Of a DNA stretch of 64,000 nucleotides, positions 49,901-62,300 are shown piece after piece. The number at the start of each line of letters is the position of its first letter. The first letter of the stretch is position 1. Source of the stretch: Blastocladiella emersonii ATCC 22665 (lineage: Eukaryota; Fungi; Blastocladiomycota); contig JANHCV010000009.1 in assembly GCA_025594325.1 (NCBI GenBank), forward strand, positions 1,678,283 to 1,742,282, written 5' to 3'. The position numbers and the translations under genes are program-made. Below the pieces are notes generated by a model. That model searched no databases, was not told the DNA's origin, and worked only from the letters and a program-made list of their open reading frames with translations.

Positions 49901-50323
49901 AGCAACATCACCGTCTCCCCGCTGATCCTGTCGCTAGCCAAGTCGGCGCTCGCCTACCGCCAGGCCGCGTCACGCGCGTCCCCAGGCGCAGTGATCGGCG
50001 AGGCGTTCAAGGCGCGGGTCAAGGGGTTCCCCCACGGGCTCACGGACGAGGACGAGTTTGCCAAGCAGATTTCCCGCGTCGAGTGCGAGGACGTGCTCCG
50101 CGTCGTGCCGTACATGCTCCGCCTCCTCGATGCTGCGCAACGCCGCCTCGTCCTCGTCGTCCCTGAAGGCGGGCAGGCGAGCACCAACGAACTACAACGA
50201 GCTTTGTGCCGCGACTTTGGGGTTCCTGTGACTGGCCTTGGTGCGCCGCAGGTGGTCCCTGCGGGCAAGGTCGCCGAGCATTTGCTGCTGCCGCCGATTT
50301 CAGTAGTTGGAGCGGGCTGTTGA
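46939..50323 (+). CDS. M16 (insulinase-family) zinc metallopeptidase, 2 exons
   Basis: GAAHTLEHLCFTGS (HxxEH), TNAWT, GVVFCEM and C-terminal IRGPGLAYDA; intron 49616-49682; acidic internal loop. Confidence 0.9.
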
Positions 50324-50930
50324 TCAAGCAACGGCCATAAGACCGTATTTGTGTAATGTATGTCATCGATCGGAATTCTGCCATGGACAGTTATCGATCG
50401 TTGCACCCACTTGCTGTGGTCACAAACCGAGTTGTTTACTTCCCAAGGCAGTTGCCCGCTGCTGATGCGAGTGTCCGTGCCCTCGTCGTGCCCAAAAGAC
50501 GCACAAGCACCGCTGCCCTTGAGGTATACTTCATATTCAGCGAGTCAATCCTCAAGTCTTGGTCGTGCTCCGTGCCTTTGTCGTGACGAAGAATGGTATA
50601 CGGTGCGAACATGACGTTGGAAGCGGATACGATGGATGAGCAAGTTCCGGATTGCGAAGTCGTTTCCGGAGGTGAGCGAGACGCGGCCAACTGCGCCATC
50701 CGTGGCGCCGCGTCGCGTTTCAGATTCGCGTGGGATGAGGGTCGGCATCAGAACGCCGTCTCTGGCTTGAAGTGCTCGCTGTGCCACGCCGACACGATAC
50801 GACAGCGACTTTGTGGGTTGAAGGACCAGAGCTCGAGGCAGCGATATGCAATGGTATGGTTATGAGCTATGAAGGAAGGGGGAAGGAAGGGAGCGGTCCA
50901 ACAAACTCAATCTACAACAATGAGGAGAGT

Positions 50931-52030
50931 CTAGCCAATGACAACCGGTGGGTGCGCCGCTGCGAGGGCAGCCGAGACGGGCGCGGTCCGCTGGCTTACG
51001 TCCAGCTGCAAGTTCAAAGCAGCAGCAGCACCGCGAACTACGCGCCAGGCGGCCAGCACTTGGGCATGCTGCGCGGTGAACACGGAGCCCTGCAGATCGA
51101 GCATGCGCAGGGCAGGCGGGAGGTGCGCGACCACGACCGCGGTCGCCCCGGGCGGCAGCGAGGACCCCGCGAGCCGGAGCACCTTGAGCTGCTGGTGGTG
51201 GTGGTGATGATAGTGCTGAAGCGACGCCATCAGCGCGGTCATGGCCGACGCGGTCCACGTCTCGCCGCTGAGGTCGAGCACGAGCAGGGTGGGCGGTAGC
51301 GCAAGGAAGAGGGCCGACTGCGCCTCGGTGACGGGCGCCGTCACCACGTGAGCCTGCTCCGTTATGAGGCAGTTCTTCATGACAAGTTCGCGCAGGTGCG
51401 GCGGCAGGCCAGCTGCGAGCCCGCGTGTCGCGCGGGGACCGAGGGTGCACCCGGTCAGGTCGAGGTTCCGGAGCGTCCGCGGCAGCGGCCACGCGTCGCC
51501 GTCGACCAGGTGCGCCGACGCCACCACGTCTGCCGCGTCCCCATCCTCGGTGGGGCCTGCGATAACGAAGCACGGGGCTTGGCCAGGCAGGTTCAGGAGG
51601 ACCCGCTCGAGGCACCGCAGGTCGTTGCGGCTCAGGTCTAGCGACCACAGCGTGACCGACGAGGGGATCGCGGCCAGGAGCGCGGCCAGCGAGTCGCCGT
51701 GCAGCCCCGCGTTGCTGAGGGTCAGGTCCTTGAGGTTAGGCGGGAGCAACTCGGCGAGCGTGCGCGCGGCCGAGCACCCGAGGATGTCGCAGTCGAAGAG
51801 GCGCAAAGTGGTGAGGGTCGCGAGTGGAGCGGTGTTGCCGACACCGCCGTGGCCGTTGCTCGGGATCAGGTGCCGGATCAGCGAGCTGGTAATGCCGAGT
51901 TCGCAGTCGCCCAGCGTCAGCGACTCGAGAGACGCCGGCCAGCAGGCGGCTCTGCCCGGTGACGGCAGTTGCGGCGACCCAGTCGGCGCGAGCCAGTACA
52001 GCGTTAGAGACGCCACCTTGACCGTGTTGG
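50931..52030 (-). CDS. Leucine-rich repeat (RNI-like) protein, 5' end replaced by LINE insertion (probable pseudogene)
   Basis: Repeated LP-x-x-L-x-x-L-x-L-x-x-(C/N) units (LPPNLKDLTLSN, LPRTLRNLDLTGC, LPPHLRELVMKNC, LPPTLLVLDLSG, LPPALRMLDLQG). No ATG occurs before the LINE junction. Confidence 0.7.
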
Positions 52031-53411
52031 GCAGGCGTTGAGGGGAACGAGATCGCTGACGGGCTCGCCGCTGACGGGGTCAATCTGGCCCAAGAGCTCG
52101 TCCTCGCTCCCCCCTTCGCCAAACAGATCCGGTTAGATGTTCAGCATGCGCTGTATTTTGATGACGTCCCCGTTCCCACATCCTCCACTGCATTCCTCAA
52201 GATCCTGTCCACTGCGCGCTGCGATGCGACCTTGCGCTCCAAGTCCGCCCTCCTCTCCTCCCTCCACACCTCCCCTGACCCCGATGAGCACCCTGACATG
52301 CTTGCGACCTCACTGGCCATTGGTTCCGGCTCCCGCCCGCTCGATAAGCGCACCTCCAGCGCTGCGAACCGCGACATCGTCTATCGCGTTCGCCACCTCC
52401 TTGGGATCACACCCACTCGCTCACTACTGCACGCCCGCCATCCTACTCTAGTCACTTCACCGGTGTGTCCTAGGTGCCAAGTAGCCATTGACGACGGAAG
52501 CCACTGGATGATCTGCACCCGTAACGCCGCGGCCGTGTCCACCGCGCTGGGCTCTGCCCAAAAGTCCATTGAGCGCTATGCTCGCCGCGCCGCTGCCTCT
52601 GTTGCCGCCGCCGCCGCCGCCGCTACTGCCGCCGCCGCCTCCACTGCACGAGCACCAAATGCGCCCACTCTACCTCCACCTCCATCTGCACCCCCACCGC
52701 CTCTCTCTCCTATCCAAGGCGACGACCTCAGTACGCCCGGCTACACCATGGTCGGCGAGTCCATTGCTGGCGCAACCGACGCCCTCCACAACTTTGGCAC
52801 TCGACTCGCGGCCTCCATCTGGCGCGACCCCGACGCCCTCTCCCGCCTCGCCGGCTGCGTTCTACGCGTCCGCGACGTATCGTTCGGCTCGCGGTCCCTC
52901 CAACTCGACCGCGCCCTCACCCGGCCTGTCCTCGCGGCCATCACCTCCGTGGCCTCGCGCTCCCTCTGGCGACTCGGCTGGCTCCCCCATGCCGCTCGGT
53001 GCGCCGAGGTCGACCCGCTCAACTTCTCCGACGCTCCGCCCCGCGAGGCGAGCGCACGCATTCGACGTCCATTTGGCCAACACAGGGCCACCCTCAAGTT
53101 CATCAACAAACACAACTACTGCACGCAGTGCTTGCACTCGATGCACTCCCACGCCCCCAACCCCTCTGGGCGTGAAGAAGACCCGCCCGTGTGCCCGCCC
53201 ACCACTGCGGCCCAGGCGGCTCTTGCTGCAGATCCCTCCGTCCGTCTTTGGCTGCTCGGCTCCCCAAGGCACATCCTGAAGTGACAAGTCCAAAGGAACC
53301 GCGTGGTCGTCGCTGAATCATGCCCATCGGTGCATTGATTGACACAAAAGAAAAGAAAAGAACAGAAACTAAAAGAAAAGAAAAGACAAAACAGAAGAAG
53401 AAAAAGAAAAA
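52031..53411 (+). mobile_element. 5'-truncated non-LTR retrotransposon (RNase H C-terminus + CCHC zinc knuckle + A-rich tail)
   Basis: A single open frame 52031-53284 begins AGVEGNEIADGLAADG (RNase H GNE-x-AD motif) and contains CPRC-x7-H-x3-C. It is followed by a short 3' UTR and an AAAAG-type tail at about 53346-53411. Confidence 0.85.
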
Positions 53412-54241
53412 CTGACATTCCTCTCGGGCCACGGCCAAAGCCACAGTACTGCTACTGGCTTTCCGGCGTGCCCTCGCTCTCTCGCTGGCCAGCCCAGCAT
53501 GTCGCCCTGCTCGGTCTCGATTATTGTTCATTCGCTCTCTCTCTCTCGCTACTGCTCGTCTGACGCTACTGGTCTGATTTGCTCCGTCCGTTTGTCCTAT
53601 CTTCCCTCCTTCCCTCACTTCTTCCCCTTTGCTCCTCGACGTGCGTGGTCCAGGCCTTGCTGAATTGCAGCTCGGCCAGAAAAGGCCGGCGCCTGTCGTA
53701 CAGTGGATACTCTGCTTGCAGGTTACAACCGCTGTTAAGGAATAAATCAAAGGTTCCAATAAAAACAGGGTGGCGGGGCGGCCATGGAAAGTATGGTACA
53801 GGTACAATTACCGTACACGCCTGCCGCGGCCATTTGTCGCGGCACGGCCCTGCCTGGCTCATGACGCGGCGGGCGTTGTTGGAGGCAGGGTAGGTAGGTA
53901 GCAGCAGCAGGATCTGGCTACCTGGCTACCTGGCTAGCTGTCTAGCTGGCTGGCAAACAACACAAGTGAAAAGGTGCGTGATGGAGTGAGTGTTGAATGA
54001 ATGGATGGATGGATGGATGGGTGGATGCGGACCTTCATACGGGCCGCGCGCGGTCAGGATGGGTCGGCCACCACCCACTATCTGCATGACAGAGAGGGAG
54101 GGGGAGCAACTGTGTCGAATTTTGACCGAGGGACCTTGCTGCAGCCAACGTCCGGCCCAATCCGACCCCCCACAAATCGCAACATGCACGAAACAAATTA
54201 GCCGATGTTTGGGATGTACCAAACCAGCCACGTACATGATT

Positions 54242-55140
54242 CTCATGGTACTCAAACAAAACCATATTCAAATCCTTGACCACCCGCATGACCAGCTAGC
54301 CAGGAACCCATAAATCACAGTATCGAACCACCAAAATATCTGACCATGGGAATATAGTAACCCAGCCACGTACGTAATTGTCATAGTACCCAAACAAAAC
54401 CATATTCAAGTTGTTGACTTCCTGCATGTCCACCTCGTTGGGGACCCATAAATCGTAATATCGACTCAACAAAATATCTGAACATGGGAATATACTAAAC
54501 AAGCCACGCAGATAATTGTCAGAGAACTCAAACAAAACCGTACTCACATCTTTGACTTCCCGCATGTCCAGCTAGCCTGGCTCCTATAAATTACAGTATC
54601 GAAGCAACCATGAATCTGGGCAGAGCAATATTGTAAACGAGCCACTCCGACAATTGTCATGGTACTCAAACAAAACCATATTCAAATCCTTGACCACCCG
54701 CATGACCAGCTAGCCAGGCACCCATAAATCGTAATATCGACTCAACAAAATATCTGAACATGGGAATATAATAAACAAGCCACGCAGATGATTGTCAGAG
54801 CACTCAAACAAAACCATGTTCAAGTCTTTGACTTCCTGCATGTCCAGCTGGTTGGGGACCAATAAATCGTAATATCGACGTAACAAATTATCTGACCATG
54901 GGAATATAGTAAACCAGCCACGTAGGTAATCGTCATAGTACCAAAACAAAACCATATTCAAATCTTCGCACACCCCCCATGATCTGGTGGGCAAGGACCT
55001 ATAAATCACAGTATCGAACCAACAACATAGTATCTGATGTTCCGGTTGTATCAAACTCGCCACGCTGATTATTGTCATGGTACTCAAACAAACCATCTTC
55101 AGATCTTCGAATACCCTCACGTCCAGGTGGGCAAGCACCC
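54242..55140. repeat. 138-bp subrepeats (about 6.5 copies) inside each macrosatellite unit
   Basis: AAACAAAACC core at 54254, 54392, 54530, 54668, 54806, 54944 and (degenerate) 55086. Confidence 0.92.
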
Positions 55141-55282
55141 AGACCGGCAGATGTCCAAATCTACCACTTTGCGCACACTCCACTATCCAACGCTTCGATC
55201 CTCCTCCAATTATTGAACCCGTCGGCAAAGCGAACGGTCCAATCAACGAGCCAAAAGACAACCTGCCAGACCTGCCAACCTG

Positions 55283-55349
55283 CCAGCCAACCAGCCAACC
55301 AGCCAACCAGCCAACCAGCCAACCAGCCAACCAGCCAACCAGCCAACCA
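55283..55349 (+). repeat. (AACCAGCC)n microsatellite in each unit
   Basis: Direct reading; recurs at +2574, +5148 and +7722. Confidence 0.9.
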
Positions 55350-56244
55350 ACCACCCACGCCGCATCTCAAGCCATGGTGGGCCCGCACACTCTGGTTGCC
55401 GTCCCTGCAAACAAAGGAATGAATGATGAGCCCTGGCAGCCTGGCAGACTGCCAGCCTGCCAGCTCCCAGTCAGTTGCTCTTATCTATCTCGTAGGTGGT
55501 CTGAGAGGTGTTCGTCAGGCAATATACGGCTGGTCTCCTCCTTGCTGCCGGCTCTGCTGTCAGCTCCAAGTCCTGCGTGATGATGGGCCAGGGAGGGTTA
55601 CGAGCAGCTCCGCTCTCCCTCGGCGTGAAACCACTCACCCGCTGACGGATGCACACCGCGCACCGCGCACCGCGCACACCGCACAGCGCCCGACGCACCA
55701 CGCGCTGCGCACACGGCGCAAACGGCCACGCTGGTGTCACACACACGCTCGCATGAACGGCGGGCAGGCAAGGCTTCCTGAACTCAAGAATGATCCATCC
55801 TCCAGGTCTGCTTGCGCCAACGGGTGCGCCTGCCTGCCCTCCGAGTGCCATCAATTGCTTGATTCATTCATGTCCAGTGCTGCCCCATGCTTTCATGGCC
55901 GCGGGGTCCATCAGAACGCTTTGCGATGGGTGCGCCTGCACTTGGTGGCAGCCAAGTGGCAAGCAACAACACAGCACCTGCCTCGCCCTGGCCAACGTAC
56001 GTTGCAAACAGGGCAGCGGCCGTACGGCGACAGAGTGCTGCAGAGTGCTGCAGAGGGCTGCAGAGGGCTAACGCGGCAGGGCTCCTCCTGCAGGAGACAG
56101 TACCAAGGCCAAGGAGTGCTAGGGACTACTAACTGAATGGTGGGTGAATGACCCACACCAGGCGCTCCTGGCAGGAGTACACGTGGGCGTGCGGGCTTTT
56201 GTGCGTGCATGCCTGGACTCACTCGTCCACCATCACACGCGCAA

Positions 56245-56323
56245 AGTGACCAAGTGACCAAGTGACCAAGTGACCAAGTGACCAAGTGACCAAGTGACTA
56301 AGGTGACCAAGGTGACCAAGTGA
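56245..56323 (+). repeat. (GTGACCAA)n microsatellite at the end of each unit
   Basis: Direct reading; this tract carries the unit-distinguishing SNP. Confidence 0.9.
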
Positions 56324-59300
56324 CATACAAGGACCAAGTCAGGGTGGCGGGGCGGCCATGGAAAGTATGGTACAGGTACAATTACCGTACACGCCTGCCG
56401 CGGCCATTTGTCGCGGCACGGCCCTGCCTGGCTCATGACGCGGCGGGCGTTGTTGGAGGCAGGGTAGGTAGGTAGCAGCAGCAGGATCTGGCTACCTGGC
56501 TACCTGGCTAGCTGTCTAGCTGGCTGGCAAACAACACAAGTGAAAAGGTGCGTGATGGAGTGAGTGTTGAATGAATGGATGGATGGATGGATGGGTGGAT
56601 GCGGACCTTCATACGGGCCGCGCGCGGTCAGGATGGGTCGGCCACCACCCACTATCTGCATGACAGAGAGGGAGGGGGAGCAACTGTGTCGAATTTTGAC
56701 CGAGGGACCTTGCTGCAGCCAACGTCCGGCCCAATCCGACCCCCCACAAATCGCAACATGCACGAAACAAATTAGCCGATGTTTGGGATGTACCAAACCA
56801 GCCACGTACATGATTCTCATGGTACTCAAACAAAACCATATTCAAATCCTTGACCACCCGCATGACCAGCTAGCCAGGAACCCATAAATCACAGTATCGA
56901 ACCACCAAAATATCTGACCATGGGAATATAGTAACCCAGCCACGTACGTAATTGTCATAGTACCCAAACAAAACCATATTCAAGTTGTTGACTTCCTGCA
57001 TGTCCACCTCGTTGGGGACCCATAAATCGTAATATCGACTCAACAAAATATCTGAACATGGGAATATACTAAACAAGCCACGCAGATAATTGTCAGAGAA
57101 CTCAAACAAAACCGTACTCACATCTTTGACTTCCCGCATGTCCAGCTAGCCTGGCTCCTATAAATTACAGTATCGAAGCAACCATGAATCTGGGCAGAGC
57201 AATATTGTAAACGAGCCACTCCGACAATTGTCATGGTACTCAAACAAAACCATATTCAAATCCTTGACCACCCGCATGACCAGCTAGCCAGGCACCCATA
57301 AATCGTAATATCGACTCAACAAAATATCTGAACATGGGAATATAATAAACAAGCCACGCAGATGATTGTCAGAGCACTCAAACAAAACCATGTTCAAGTC
57401 TTTGACTTCCTGCATGTCCAGCTGGTTGGGGACCAATAAATCGTAATATCGACGTAACAAATTATCTGACCATGGGAATATAGTAAACCAGCCACGTAGG
57501 TAATCGTCATAGTACCAAAACAAAACCATATTCAAATCTTCGCACACCCCCCATGATCTGGTGGGCAAGGACCTATAAATCACAGTATCGAACCAACAAC
57601 ATAGTATCTGATGTTCCGGTTGTATCAAACTCGCCACGCTGATTATTGTCATGGTACTCAAACAAACCATCTTCAGATCTTCGAATACCCTCACGTCCAG
57701 GTGGGCAAGCACCCAGACCGGCAGATGTCCAAATCTACCACTTTGCGCACACTCCACTATCCAACGCTTCGATCCTCCTCCAATTATTGAACCCGTCGGC
57801 AAAGCGAACGGTCCAATCAACGAGCCAAAAGACAACCTGCCAGACCTGCCAACCTGCCAGCCAACCAGCCAACCAGCCAACCAGCCAACCAGCCAACCAG
57901 CCAACCAGCCAACCAGCCAACCAACCACCCACGCCGCATCTCAAGCCATGGTGGGCCCGCACACTCTGGTTGCCGTCCCTGCAAACAAAGGAATGAATGA
58001 TGAGCCCTGGCAGCCTGGCAGACTGCCAGCCTGCCAGCTCCCAGTCAGTTGCTCTTATCTATCTCGTAGGTGGTCTGAGAGGTGTTCGTCAGGCAATATA
58101 CGGCTGGTCTCCTCCTTGCTGCCGGCTCTGCTGTCAGCTCCAAGTCCTGCGTGATGATGGGCCAGGGAGGGTTACGAGCAGCTCCGCTCTCCCTCGGCGT
58201 GAAACCACTCACCCGCTGACGGATGCACACCGCGCACCGCGCACCGCGCACACCGCACAGCGCCCGACGCACCACGCGCTGCGCACACGGCGCAAACGGC
58301 CACGCTGGTGTCACACACACGCTCGCATGAACGGCGGGCAGGCAAGGCTTCCTGAACTCAAGAATGATCCATCCTCCAGGTCTGCTTGCGCCAACGGGTG
58401 CGCCTGCCTGCCCTCCGAGTGCCATCAATTGCTTGATTCATTCATGTCCAGTGCTGCCCCATGCTTTCATGGCCGCGGGGTCCATCAGAACGCTTTGCGA
58501 TGGGTGCGCCTGCACTTGGTGGCAGCCAAGTGGCAAGCAACAACACAGCACCTGCCTCGCCCTGGCCAACGTACGTTGCAAACAGGGCAGCGGCCGTACG
58601 GCGACAGAGTGCTGCAGAGTGCTGCAGAGGGCTGCAGAGGGCTAACGCGGCAGGGCTCCTCCTGCAGGAGACAGTACCAAGGCCAAGGAGTGCTAGGGAC
58701 TACTAACTGAATGGTGGGTGAATGACCCACACCAGGCGCTCCTGGCAGGAGTACACGTGGGCGTGCGGGCTTTTGTGCGTGCATGCCTGGACTCACTCGT
58801 CCACCATCACACGCGCAAAGTGACCAAGTGACCAAGTGACCAAGTGACCAAATGACCAAGTGACCAAGTGACTAAGGTGACCAAGGTGACCAAGTGACAT
58901 ACAAGGACCAAGTCAGGGTGGCGGGGCGGCCATGGAAAGTATGGTACAGGTACAATTACCGTACACGCCTGCCGCGGCCATTTGTCGCGGCACGGCCCTG
59001 CCTGGCTCATGACGCGGCGGGCGTTGTTGGAGGCAGGGTAGGTAGGTAGCAGCAGCAGGATCTGGCTACCTGGCTACCTGGCTAGCTGTCTAGCTGGCTG
59101 GCAAACAACACAAGTGAAAAGGTGCGTGATGGAGTGAGTGTTGAATGAATGGATGGATGGATGGATGGGTGGATGCGGACCTTCATACGGGCCGCGCGCG
59201 GTCAGGATGGGTCGGCCACCACCCACTATCTGCATGACAGAGAGGGAGGGGGAGCAACTGTGTCGAATTTTGACCGAGGGACCTTGCTGCAGCCAACGTC

Positions 59301-62300
59301 CGGCCCAATCCGACCCCCCACAAATCGCAACATGCACGAAACAAATTAGCCGATGTTTGGGATGTACCAAACCAGCCACGTACATGATTCTCATGGTACT
59401 CAAACAAAACCATATTCAAATCCTTGACCACCCGCATGACCAGCTAGCCAGGAACCCATAAATCACAGTATCGAACCACCAAAATATCTGACCATGGGAA
59501 TATAGTAACCCAGCCACGTACGTAATTGTCATAGTACCCAAACAAAACCATATTCAAGTTGTTGACTTCCTGCATGTCCACCTCGTTGGGGACCCATAAA
59601 TCGTAATATCGACTCAACAAAATATCTGAACATGGGAATATACTAAACAAGCCACGCAGATAATTGTCAGAGAACTCAAACAAAACCGTACTCACATCTT
59701 TGACTTCCCGCATGTCCAGCTAGCCTGGCTCCTATAAATTACAGTATCGAAGCAACCATGAATCTGGGCAGAGCAATATTGTAAACGAGCCACTCCGACA
59801 ATTGTCATGGTACTCAAACAAAACCATATTCAAATCCTTGACCACCCGCATGACCAGCTAGCCAGGCACCCATAAATCGTAATATCGACTCAACAAAATA
59901 TCTGAACATGGGAATATAATAAACAAGCCACGCAGATGATTGTCAGAGCACTCAAACAAAACCATGTTCAAGTCTTTGACTTCCTGCATGTCCAGCTGGT
60001 TGGGGACCAATAAATCGTAATATCGACGTAACAAATTATCTGACCATGGGAATATAGTAAACCAGCCACGTAGGTAATCGTCATAGTACCAAAACAAAAC
60101 CATATTCAAATCTTCGCACACCCCCCATGATCTGGTGGGCAAGGACCTATAAATCACAGTATCGAACCAACAACATAGTATCTGATGTTCCGGTTGTATC
60201 AAACTCGCCACGCTGATTATTGTCATGGTACTCAAACAAACCATCTTCAGATCTTCGAATACCCTCACGTCCAGGTGGGCAAGCACCCAGACCGGCAGAT
60301 GTCCAAATCTACCACTTTGCGCACACTCCACTATCCAACGCTTCGATCCTCCTCCAATTATTGAACCCGTCGGCAAAGCGAACGGTCCAATCAACGAGCC
60401 AAAAGACAACCTGCCAGACCTGCCAACCTGCCAGCCAACCAGCCAACCAGCCAACCAGCCAACCAGCCAACCAGCCAACCAGCCAACCAGCCAACCAACC
60501 ACCCACGCCGCATCTCAAGCCATGGTGGGCCCGCACACTCTGGTTGCCGTCCCTGCAAACAAAGGAATGAATGATGAGCCCTGGCAGCCTGGCAGACTGC
60601 CAGCCTGCCAGCTCCCAGTCAGTTGCTCTTATCTATCTCGTAGGTGGTCTGAGAGGTGTTCGTCAGGCAATATACGGCTGGTCTCCTCCTTGCTGCCGGC
60701 TCTGCTGTCAGCTCCAAGTCCTGCGTGATGATGGGCCAGGGAGGGTTACGAGCAGCTCCGCTCTCCCTCGGCGTGAAACCACTCACCCGCTGACGGATGC
60801 ACACCGCGCACCGCGCACCGCGCACACCGCACAGCGCCCGACGCACCACGCGCTGCGCACACGGCGCAAACGGCCACGCTGGTGTCACACACACGCTCGC
60901 ATGAACGGCGGGCAGGCAAGGCTTCCTGAACTCAAGAATGATCCATCCTCCAGGTCTGCTTGCGCCAACGGGTGCGCCTGCCTGCCCTCCGAGTGCCATC
61001 AATTGCTTGATTCATTCATGTCCAGTGCTGCCCCATGCTTTCATGGCCGCGGGGTCCATCAGAACGCTTTGCGATGGGTGCGCCTGCACTTGGTGGCAGC
61101 CAAGTGGCAAGCAACAACACAGCACCTGCCTCGCCCTGGCCAACGTACGTTGCAAACAGGGCAGCGGCCGTACGGCGACAGAGTGCTGCAGAGTGCTGCA
61201 GAGGGCTGCAGAGGGCTAACGCGGCAGGGCTCCTCCTGCAGGAGACAGTACCAAGGCCAAGGAGTGCTAGGGACTACTAACTGAATGGTGGGTGAATGAC
61301 CCACACCAGGCGCTCCTGGCAGGAGTACACGTGGGCGTGCGGGCTTTTGTGCGTGCATGCCTGGACTCACTCGTCCACCATCACACGCGCAAAGTGACCA
61401 AGTGACCAAGTGACCAAGTGACCAAGTGACCAAGTGACCAAGTGACTAAGGTGACCAAGGTGACCAAGTGACATACAAGGACCAAGTCAGGGTGGCGGGG
61501 CGGCCATGGAAAGTATGGTACAGGTACAATTACCGTACACGCCTGCCGCGGCCATTTGTCGCGGCACGGCCCTGCCTGGCTCATGACGCGGCGGGCGTTG
61601 TTGGAGGCAGGGTAGGTAGGTAGCAGCAGCAGGATCTGGCTACCTGGCTACCTGGCTAGCTGTCTAGCTGGCTGGCAAACAACACAAGTGAAAAGGTGCG
61701 TGATGGAGTGAGTGTTGAATGAATGGATGGATGGATGGATGGGTGGATGCGGACCTTCATACGGGCCGCGCGCGGTCAGGATGGGTCGGCCACCACCCAC
61801 TATCTGCATGACAGAGAGGGAGGGGGAGCAACTGTGTCGAATTTTGACCGAGGGACCTTGCTGCAGCCAACGTCCGGCCCAATCCGACCCCCCACAAATC
61901 GCAACATGCACGAAACAAATTAGCCGATGTTTGGGATGTACCAAACCAGCCACGTACATGATTCTCATGGTACTCAAACAAAACCATATTCAAATCCTTG
62001 ACCACCCGCATGACCAGCTAGCCAGGAACCCATAAATCACAGTATCGAACCACCAAAATATCTGACCATGGGAATATAGTAACCCAGCCACGTACGTAAT
62101 TGTCATAGTACCCAAACAAAACCATATTCAAGTTGTTGACTTCCTGCATGTCCACCTCGTTGGGGACCCATAAATCGTAATATCGACTCAACAAAATATC
62201 TGAACATGGGAATATACTAAACAAGCCACGCAGATAATTGTCAGAGAACTCAAACAAAACCGTACTCACATCTTTGACTTCCCGCATGTCCAGCTAGCCT

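Noticed and set aside
50356-50865. Short ORFs between the M16 and LRR genes
   Set aside because: They are under 120 aa, overlap in several frames, and have no motifs or convincing splice structure.
54160-55354. 46-aa repeat protein on the minus strand of the 138-bp subrepeats (MxEVKDLNMVLFEYxDNYLRGWFxIFPWSDILL.RYYDLWVP), possibly with TAG readthrough
   Set aside because: Differences between copies are mostly non-synonymous, several copies contain in-frame stops (TAG, plus a TAA), and the last copy is frameshifted. This is consistent with non-coding satellite whose period happens to be divisible by 3.
53766-56339. CRISPR-like array or 5S rDNA in the tandem unit
   Set aside because: Whole 138-bp monomers are homologous with no unique spacers, there are no cas genes and the context is eukaryotic. 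GCGGCCAT/GCGGCCGTAC stretches do not extend into 5S internal control boxes.
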